From: Solirubrobacterales bacterium
GTDB taxonomy: Bacteria > Actinomycetota > Thermoleophilia > Solirubrobacterales > 70-9
NCBI GenBank assembly: GCA_035634215.1
Contig: DASQDJ010000257.1
Coordinates: 1-32,187, forward strand
Length of the DNA: 32,187 bases
Direction: 5' to 3'
Shown one piece after another: positions 1 to 6,269 of this stretch. Within the stretch, counting starts at the first letter, position 1. Every line of letters starts with the position of its first letter. The notes beneath the pieces were generated by a model. It ran no database searches, was not told the origin of the DNA, and worked only from the letters and a program-made list of their open reading frames with translations. A program made the translations under genes and the position numbers.

Positions 1-72
1 AAGGTTCTGCTCGAACGACGGGGTCCTCAACCGCCTGGCGGCGCGTCCGGACCGGCTCGATAGGCTCAGCCG

Positions 73-1815
73 ATGCGGCTTCTCGGCAGGGCGACCGTTT
101 GCCTCCTCGTCGCGCTCGGGGCCGTGGTTGCCCTGGGCGCCGCCCCGCCGGCGGAGGAGGACGACCCGCGTTGCCGGGGGCGGAGCGCGGAGAACGTCGG
201 CCCCGACGGCGACGACGACCTGCGTGGAACCGACGAGCGCGACGTGATCTGGGCCGGGCTCGGTGATGACCGCGTCCACAGCGCGCTCGGCAACGACCTC
301 GTCTGCGGCGGGCCCGGAACCGACCTGCTGCACGGGGGCCGCGGGAACGACACCGTGGACGGCGGCCCGGGCGACGCGGACCAGGCGATCGGCGACCTCG
401 GCGACGACACGGTGCTCGGCGGCAACGGCGAGTTCGACGAGGCGGCCGGCAGCCTCGGCATCGACCGCGTCAGCGGCGGGCCCGGCAGCTTCGACCTCGT
501 CCACGGCGACTACGGCTACGACCGCATGGACGGCGGGCCGGGCGGCGACGACATCGCCTCCTTCGCCACCGACGTCGCCAGCGCCGGCGGCGCCGGTGTC
601 TGGGTCTCGCTCGCGCGCCACAAAGCGCGCGGTGACGGCCACGACCGCCTCTATCGCTTCGAGGACCTCGAGGGCTCGGCCTTTCGCGACGTGCTGATCG
701 GGGACGGGCGCGCCAACGTGATCGACGGCGGCCCGGGCGACGACCGGCTGCGAGGTGGCGGCGGCGCCGACGAACTGCGCGGAGCGCAGGGAGTGGACGG
801 CTGCCAGGGGGCCAAAGGCCGCAGCTTCTCCTGTGGCAAGGAGCCGGCGCCGAAAGCGTCCGTCTACATAGAGGTCGACCTCACGCACGGCGGCGGCGGT
901 GGGCTCAACATCGTCGGCGGCACCGGCAACGACGCGCTGGTCGTGGCTTTCGACGAAGCCTCGTCCAGCTTCGGCGTCACCGCGAAAGGCGCGATCGCGA
1001 TCGGCCCCGGCTGTGTGCGGGCCAGCGCCACCCAGGTCTCCTGCGTGGCCGACCCCGCCCGCTGGTTCACGGCCGACCTCGGCCCCGGCAACGACAAGCT
1101 GCGTGTCTTCGGCTCGTTGGAGGGCGCCGAGAACGTGCGGATCGCCGGCGGGAAAGGAAACGACACGCTCCGCGGCGGCCCCGAGGACGACCTGATCGAG
1201 TCCGGCCCGGGGGCCGACCGCCTTTACGGGGAAGCCGGCTCCGACGGCCTGGTCGGCGGCCTGCCGGGCCCCACCTTCATCTACGGCGGCGAGGACGGCG
1301 ACCTGATGGCCGCGGGCGGCGGCTGCGCCGGCGGGGCGATCGTCGGCGGCCCCGGGCGAGACGACGCCTCCTTCGCCGAGACCCAGGCCCATCCCGGCCT
1401 TCTGATCATCTCCTTCCCCCAGGACAAAGCCTGGATCGACGTCGTGCGCGGCTGCGACTCAGTCCGCCTCGACGACTCCAACGAGGACATGGAGGGCTCC
1501 TTCGACTGGGACGTCCTGATCGGCGACAGCGGCCCCAACGCGATGCTTGGCCAGCCGGGCAGCGACGAGTACTACGGCAACGGCGGCGAGGACATCATCG
1601 ACGCCCGCGACGGCTTCCGCGACTTCGTCATCCAGTGCGGCGAGGGGCGTTACGTGCGCCCGCCCAAGGCCGGGCCGAAAGCCAAACCCCGCCCGCCGGT
1701 GCTGATCGGCACGCCGGCCGGCCGCGCCCTCATGGATCCGTTCGATCCGGCCCCGCTCCTCTGTGCCGAGGAGAAGCACGGCGAGCCGGTGCCGGGCTTG
1801 AACAACAGCGGCTGA
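73..1815 (+). CDS. Secreted calcium-binding repeat protein (hemolysin/RTX-type GGxGxD repeats)
   Basis: 580-aa ORF with high GC3. Signal-like N-terminus MRLLGRATVCLLVALGAVVALGAAPP. Many tandem Gly/Asp nonapeptide motifs, e.g. GNDLVCGGPGTDLLHGGRGNDTVDGGPGDAD and GGKGNDTLRGGPEDDLIESGPGADRLYGEAGSD. Confidence 0.75.
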   Translation: MRLLGRATVCLLVALGAVVALGAAPPAEEDDPRCRGRSAENVGPDGDDDLRGTDERDVIWAGLGDDRVHSALGNDLVCGGPGTDLLHGGRGNDTVDGGPGDADQAIGDLGDDTVLGGNGEFDEAAGSLGIDRVSGGPGSFDLVHGDYGYDRMDGGPGGDDIASFATDVASAGGAGVWVSLARHKARGDGHDRLYRFEDLEGSAFRDVLIGDGRANVIDGGPGDDRLRGGGGADELRGAQGVDGCQGAKGRSFSCGKEPAPKASVYIEVDLTHGGGGGLNIVGGTGNDALVVAFDEASSSFGVTAKGAIAIGPGCVRASATQVSCVADPARWFTADLGPGNDKLRVFGSLEGAENVRIAGGKGNDTLRGGPEDDLIESGPGADRLYGEAGSDGLVGGLPGPTFIYGGEDGDLMAAGGGCAGGAIVGGPGRDDASFAETQAHPGLLIISFPQDKAWIDVVRGCDSVRLDDSNEDMEGSFDWDVLIGDSGPNAMLGQPGSDEYYGNGGEDIIDARDGFRDFVIQCGEGRYVRPPKAGPKAKPRPPVLIGTPAGRALMDPFDPAPLLCAEEKHGEPVPGLNNSG

Positions 1816-2002
1816 GGCGCCCCCCGGCCGACGCCGGCTCGCCGGACGCTCCACCGTCTCTCGCCGCGCGCAAATTGCGCGTCACGTGCGCGTCGCGATC
1901 TGTCAGCCTCCTCGTCGTGGCCGGCTATGCGCTACACCGATACGACATCAATCCGTCTCGGGCATCTGCCCGTCTCGACCACTGAACGTCCGAGGTTCCC
2001 AA

Positions 2003-3139
2003 GTGCCGAAGAGAGATCCCACCGTGCCGCCCTTCACGATTGACGAGCTGGAACCGGTCAAGTTCCTGCAGAGAGGCGCGATGGGGTTCGTGTGGCGCTA
2101 CCGGCAGTTCTCGCGGGCGGCCGGCGCGGCCCGCCATACGCGAACGCCGCTGGGCTACGTCGCCGTCAAGTGCGTGGAGGTCTCCGAGTACACCCGTTCC
2201 ACCATCCAGCACGCCTACAGCGAGGCAAGGGCCCAGCGCCAGGGCGCTGGCAACGGCAACGTCGTGGCTCTCCACGACGTGCTTGTCGTCGCTGACGACC
2301 TGATCGCCCTCGTGATGGAGGAGGTCGAGGGCGGCAGGACCCTCGCGGACGAAATCGACGCCGCCCGCCGCCGCCGCGGCAAGCTATCGGCCGAGACGAT
2401 CGCTCGCTGGGGCGAGGAAATCTCCAATGGCCTGCAGTCCTTTCATTCGCCGTCGGCACGCGGGAATGCCCTTGCCCACCGCGACATCGCCCCCCAAAAC
2501 GTTCTCCTGACCCGCGAGGGAAGGGTGAAATTGGGCGACATGGGGATCGCCACCGTGGTCGGCGACACGGCGCTCGGCCCGACCGATCCGGCGCCTGTCA
2601 TGGGCCGTGTCATCCGGATGGCGCCCGAGCAGTACTACGGCGACGGCGAATGGGGGACGGCGGTCGATTATTGGGCGCTTGGCCTGATCGTCTTCGAGCT
2701 GGCGACCAGCACGCCGCTGGAGCATTTTTGCGCCGAGCGGGTCCCGAAGATGACGCCGTCTCCCGAGTACTCCCGCGCCATCGGCGACGCCGTCAGGCGG
2801 CAGGCCCGCCAGCACCCGACGATGCACCCGGAGTTGCGCGACCTCGTCACCGAGCTTGTCGTCAACGACCCGGCCAAGCGGGCCGGCGCCGGACGTCTCC
2901 GCGAGGCGCGGACCCGCATCGCTTCCGGTCGGATCCAGGACTTCGGCGATTGCACGACCGTCCCGACGGCAACGCCCGAGCGACAGGAAGAGCCGTCTCG
3001 ATGGCTGGCCGAGGGCGAGATCGACCAACTGCGGGAGAGCCTCCGGTCGTCTCCGGAAACCGGCAGCAGCGGGGCGTTCGAGCGGCTGGTCGGACGGCGG
3101 CGCGCCGAGCGCCACCAAGCCCACGAGGAGGAACCTTGA
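2003..3139 (+). CDS. Hanks-type protein kinase, soluble, atypical catalytic motifs
   Basis: Kinase motifs in order: degenerate G-loop RGAMGFVW, VAVK lysine, catalytic loop HRDIAPQNVLL, DMG in place of DFG (KLGDMGIA), MAPEQ. No TM segment. Start placed at GTG 2003, preceded by GAGG at 1992-1995. The track ORF start at 1886 looks like a spurious extension. Confidence 0.85.
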   Translation: MPKRDPTVPPFTIDELEPVKFLQRGAMGFVWRYRQFSRAAGAARHTRTPLGYVAVKCVEVSEYTRSTIQHAYSEARAQRQGAGNGNVVALHDVLVVADDLIALVMEEVEGGRTLADEIDAARRRRGKLSAETIARWGEEISNGLQSFHSPSARGNALAHRDIAPQNVLLTREGRVKLGDMGIATVVGDTALGPTDPAPVMGRVIRMAPEQYYGDGEWGTAVDYWALGLIVFELATSTPLEHFCAERVPKMTPSPEYSRAIGDAVRRQARQHPTMHPELRDLVTELVVNDPAKRAGAGRLREARTRIASGRIQDFGDCTTVPTATPERQEEPSRWLAEGEIDQLRESLRSSPETGSSGAFERLVGRRRAERHQAHEEEP

Positions 3140-4134
3140 TCCCCAGCGCGCTCAACAGGAGATCCCGGTTCGAGGACGGCCGCCCCACCGGCCCGCAGGG
3201 TTTCCTGAGCCCGGCGGAGACCGGCGGCGTTCACGTGCCGGAGCGGTTCGGAAACCAGGTGGCAAGCCACCTGATCCTGAACATGCTGAACCCGCCCGGA
3301 CTCACGGTGCCGCTGATGCTGGCGGTCCACGGCCCGCCGGGGGAGGGCAAGACCCTGCAGTGCCGCAAGGTGTTCGAGGCGATGGGAGTGGAGGCCGTGG
3401 CTCCCCCGGCCGAGGCCTTCGAGAGCAAGGCGGCCGGCGAGGCCCAGCGGGCGCTACTCGCGACCTACCAGAAGGCAGGCGAAGCGAACTCGGAGATCGA
3501 CGCCGCTTCACGCCGGCGCGGCGCGGCGGGCCCCCCTTATCTCGAGGCGCTGTTCGTCAACGACCTCGATCAGCGCATCGGGCGCAAGGACGGCGCGATC
3601 CAGCAGACGGTCAACACGCAGCTGATCTCGGCGAGCTTGATGGAGCTCGCCGACAACCCCCGGTACGTCGGCGGGCGGCCGGTGCCGCGAGTGCCGATCG
3701 TGATCACCGCGAACGACCTGACCGCGATTCACCCGCCGCTGTACCGCGACGGACGGATGAGGCGGTTTCTCTGGAAGCCGACCTTCGAGGAGCGGGCGCA
3801 GACCCTCGCGGCGATGTACCCCGAGGCCGAACTCGACGCCAAGCGCGCCGCGACCTTGATGCGCCTGGCCGGCTATTCAGATGAAGCTCCGAGCGAGGGC
3901 CCCGGCTTGGCGCCGAGCACCGCCACCTTCGCGGCTATCAAGGTGCTGCTATACGAGCGGGCCGTCCTGGACCTGATGCGGACCTATGGCCCGTCGGGAG
4001 TCCTGGCGGCGATCCGGCTTGGCGAGGTCGACCCCGTCGCCATCCAGCCGAACCTCTCCTACGAGGCGTTGCTCGTGGCGTTGGAGGAACTGCGGGAATC
4101 CCACCTGCTCGAGGACCACCTGCGGGCAGGGTGA
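3136..4134 (+). CDS. AAA+ ATPase, Rubisco-activase-like clade
   Basis: Walker A GPPGEGKT (3331-3354) and Walker B LFVNDLD. Extended similarity to Rubisco activase as I recall it (KTLQCRKVFEAMGV; QTVNTQLISASLMELADNP; RVPIVITANDLTAIHPPLYRDGRMRRFLWKPTFEER). TTG start at 3136 overlaps the kinase TGA (TTGA) and follows a strong SD, GAGGAGG, at 3125-3131. The upstream part of track ORF 2650..4134 is off-frame overlap with the kinase. Confidence 0.85.
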   Translation: MIPSALNRRSRFEDGRPTGPQGFLSPAETGGVHVPERFGNQVASHLILNMLNPPGLTVPLMLAVHGPPGEGKTLQCRKVFEAMGVEAVAPPAEAFESKAAGEAQRALLATYQKAGEANSEIDAASRRRGAAGPPYLEALFVNDLDQRIGRKDGAIQQTVNTQLISASLMELADNPRYVGGRPVPRVPIVITANDLTAIHPPLYRDGRMRRFLWKPTFEERAQTLAAMYPEAELDAKRAATLMRLAGYSDEAPSEGPGLAPSTATFAAIKVLLYERAVLDLMRTYGPSGVLAAIRLGEVDPVAIQPNLSYEALLVALEELRESHLLEDHLRAG

Positions 4135-4145
4135 AGGAGAGAACC

Positions 4146-4718
4146 GTGGCCGAGACCTACACCTACACCGAGACGTACACCTACACCCGCTCGGAGCTGA
4201 TCACCGACCTCATCGTCGGCGCCTTCGAGCACGTCCTTCGCCAGCTCGGCTCCACCTCGACGTTGCCGGCGGACGGCATCGAAGAGACGCTGAAGCTCGG
4301 CTGGCTGCGGCAGGTCTCGGTGGTGGCGAGCAGCAAGCGCGACGACGGCTCCTCGGACTGGCACATCGCCCTCACGGCGGAGATCGACGCGGAGACGCAC
4401 GTCGCCCGCCTCGCGGTCGCGGCCGAACGCACCATCGCCTTGCCGAAGGAGCGCGCCGACGACATCGCCGACCAACTCGCCTATTACGGCCAAATGTTCG
4501 TCAAAGTCGTCAAGCGCCACCGCCGCCCGAACTGGCGAATCGGCTGGTGGATCACGCCCACGAGCGCCGGCGCCGCGAACCGGCCTCGCTTCAACGAGCT
4601 GACCGGCACCCACCGGGCGACGACGCACCGGGCCAACCCTCAGAAACTCGGTCGCTTCAGTCCCGACGAGATCGACGAGGCCAGCTTCGGAATCGAGGTG
4701 TACGACGATGAGGTCTGA
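4146..4718 (+). CDS. Hypothetical protein, possible bacterial HORMA-domain (Cap7-like) protein
   Basis: High-GC3 ORF. SD AAGGAGA (4135-4141) precedes GTG 4146; an alternative GTG at 4131 overlaps the ATPase stop as GTGA. The N-terminus VAETYTYTETYTYTRSELITDLIVGAFEHVL resembles the (T/S)Y(S/T)YT...TY.T strand plus helix at the start of bacterial HORMA proteins as I remember them. The functional call is tentative. Confidence 0.6.
   Translation: MAETYTYTETYTYTRSELITDLIVGAFEHVLRQLGSTSTLPADGIEETLKLGWLRQVSVVASSKRDDGSSDWHIALTAEIDAETHVARLAVAAERTIALPKERADDIADQLAYYGQMFVKVVKRHRRPNWRIGWWITPTSAGAANRPRFNELTGTHRATTHRANPQKLGRFSPDEIDEASFGIEVYDDEV
4152..4187 (+). repeat. 18-bp in-frame tandem duplication (2 copies, 17/18 identical) encoding (ETYTYT)x2
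   Basis: GAGACCTACACCTACACC (4152-4169) followed directly by GAGACGTACACCTACACC (4170-4187). Confidence 0.95.
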
Positions 4719-5361
4719 GCGCGCTGCAGATCGATTCGAGTCGGGAGCGGTCGAGCCGACGCCGACCGTCAACCTGATCCTGCCCGACGGCTCCACCTGC
4801 TCGATTCCACTCGAGGAGCGCATCACTTCGTTCGGGCGGCATCCGCACAGCACCGTGGTGATCGACGATCCCACTGTGTCCTCGACCCATTTGACGTTGG
4901 AGAGGGTCGGCGGCCAGATCAAGGTGCGTGACGAGTCCTCGTACGGCACCCGGCTGCAGGGCGCCCTCCTCGTGTCGGAACGCTCGATCAAGGTCCACCA
5001 CGGGCAATCGATCACCTTTGGCGGCGACGACCAGGGTCGCTACCAGCTGGTGGTCCGCGATCCGTCCGAGCACGTGCCGACGGAGCCCCCTCGCCATCGA
5101 CCGGACCGCATTCGCCTTCCGGCTCCCCTGCAACGCATCGCGGAGGCGCTCGTGTACCAGTACGTCGAGCGAGTCGGGCCGGCGCCCCGGGCGGCGAGCG
5201 TCGAGGAGATCGCGGAGCGGCTGGAGGTCCATCCCGCGACGATCCGGCGGGGCCTTCACGACCTCGAGTCGATCCTCAAGATCGATGCCGATCTACGCGG
5301 CCCCAAGCGCCAGCAGGCCCTCGCCGAGCGCATCCTGCTGACCGACGCCCACCGATCGTAG
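4708..5361 (+). CDS. FHA-domain protein with C-terminal helix-turn-helix (putative phosphothreonine-dependent DNA-binding regulator)
   Basis: FHA signature: FGR...VVIDDPTVSSTHLTLERVGGQIKVRDESSYGTRLQG. C-terminal wHTH-like ASVEEIAERLEVHPATIRRGLHDLESIL. ATG 4708 overlaps the preceding gene by 11 nt. Confidence 0.85.
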   Translation: MRSERAADRFESGAVEPTPTVNLILPDGSTCSIPLEERITSFGRHPHSTVVIDDPTVSSTHLTLERVGGQIKVRDESSYGTRLQGALLVSERSIKVHHGQSITFGGDDQGRYQLVVRDPSEHVPTEPPRHRPDRIRLPAPLQRIAEALVYQYVERVGPAPRAASVEEIAERLEVHPATIRRGLHDLESILKIDADLRGPKRQQALAERILLTDAHRS

Positions 5362-5380
5362 GCCGGGTAGGCTTGGCGGC

Positions 5381-5584
5381 GTGAGCCGTCCCCCCAGCGA
5401 CGACGAGGCGGTGGCGATCGCCGCGGCGATCCAGCGCTTCCTCGCCGAGACCTCGGCGCCGGCGGGTGGCGAGCCGCGCCAGCGGACCAGTCCCTGGCAC
5501 CGGGCCGCCCTGCTGGAGGGGGTCGGCAAGCGCGTGACGCTCGAGGACCTGGAAGGCGAAGGAGGAGGCAGATGGCCGTCGTGA
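5381..5584 (+). CDS. Small hypothetical protein (67 aa)
   Basis: Very high GC3 across the ORF. GTG start. Overlaps the next gene by 13 nt. The DDEAVAIAAAIQRFLAE...W motif is vaguely like small OadG/AccE-type subunits, but this is not supported beyond that. Confidence 0.5.
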   Translation: MSRPPSDDEAVAIAAAIQRFLAETSAPAGGEPRQRTSPWHRAALLEGVGKRVTLEDLEGEGGGRWPS

Positions 5585-5781
5585 AGATCATCGAGCTGGT
5601 CGGCAGCTCCAAGACGTCGACCGACGACGCGGCGCGGCAGGCGCTCGCGCAGGCGCAGGGCACCCTGCGCAACATTCGCGCCGTCGACATCGTCTCGACC
5701 GGGATCCGCGGCGAGAACCTCGACGAGTACCGCGCACATGTGCGGGTCGCCTTCCTGGTCGAGGGCACGGAGGTCGACTGA
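5572..5781 (+). CDS. Dodecin-family flavin-binding protein
   Basis: 69 aa. KIIELVGSSKTSTDDAARQALAQAQGTLRNIRAVDIV...EYRAHVRVAF matches the dodecin pattern. Strong SD GAAGGAGGAGG upstream. Confidence 0.85.
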   Translation: MAVVKIIELVGSSKTSTDDAARQALAQAQGTLRNIRAVDIVSTGIRGENLDEYRAHVRVAFLVEGTEVD

Positions 5782-6176
5782 TGGCCGACGAGGCGACCGG
5801 CGGCGAGACGAAGGAAGTGACGCGCGAGGAGGCGCGGCGGTTGGTCGAGGAAGGCGCGCAGCTGGTCGACGTCCGGGCCGACCACGAGTGGGACGCCGGC
5901 CGCATCCCCGGCGCCAGGCACGTGCCGCTCGCCGAGCTGAACGAGCGCACCGGGGAGATCGCCCAGGACCGGCCGGTCGTCCTCTACTGCCGGGGCGGGA
6001 CCCGCTCGACGATGGCGGCGGAGGCCCTCGCGGCCGCGGGCTACGACGCCGCGAAGCTGACGGACGGCATCGTCGGCTGGGAGGAGGAGGGCCTGCCACT
6101 CGAGCCGGAGGGTGGCTACGCGGCCGAGTCTGGCCAGGCGGCGGCGGTCCTCGAGGCACGGAAGAAGCCCTCGTAG
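5781..6176 (+). CDS. Rhodanese-domain sulfurtransferase
   Basis: VDVRADHEWDAGRIPGARHVPL plus active-site loop YCRGGTRS. The ATG overlaps the dodecin stop (TGATG). Confidence 0.9.
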   Translation: MADEATGGETKEVTREEARRLVEEGAQLVDVRADHEWDAGRIPGARHVPLAELNERTGEIAQDRPVVLYCRGGTRSTMAAEALAAAGYDAAKLTDGIVGWEEEGLPLEPEGGYAAESGQAAAVLEARKKPS

Positions 6177-6251
6177 CCGGGTCTCCGCCCGCGCTCGTCT
6201 CGTCGCTCGAAACTTAAATACCCAAATCCCTGTCAGGTTTTGCTATTTTCT

Positions 6252-6269
6252 CTAGCTCCATGGAGCTAG
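6252..6269. promoter_or_regulatory. Perfect 18-bp palindrome centred on the sulfite reductase start codon
   Basis: CTAGCTCCA|TGGAGCTAG; the ATG at 6260-6262 sits at the dyad. The upstream region is unusually AT-rich and lacks an SD. Confidence 0.4.

Noticed and set aside
1886-2002. N-terminal extension of the kinase ORF (track start 1886)
   Set aside because: The extension is Arg/Cys-rich with poor coding character. GTG 2003, preceded by GAGG, gives a kinase-typical N-terminus.
2650-3135. Long N-terminal extension of the AAA+ ORF (track start 2650), plus ORF 2856..3884
   Set aside because: Both are off-frame overlaps with the kinase or the AAA+ gene. A strong SD plus TTG at 3136 explains the real start.
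3136-4134. A genuine Rubisco activase function
   Set aside because: The window contains no RuBisCO, cbb or carboxysome genes, and the gene is embedded in a kinase/FHA operon. This cannot be excluded without the whole genome.
2003-5361. Canonical type III CBASS
   Set aside because: The HORMA-like plus AAA+ pairing suggested CBASS. However, I find no CD-NTase (Pol-beta GS...DxD) gene, no SAVED/effector nuclease and no TM effector. The AAA+ is RCA-like rather than Trip13-like.
4059-6159. Minus-strand ORFs 4059..5015, 4657..5259, 5256..5921 and 5293..6159
   Set aside because: They are antisense to the HORMA-like, FHA, dodecin and rhodanese genes. They have Arg/Pro/Ser-rich composition and no motifs.
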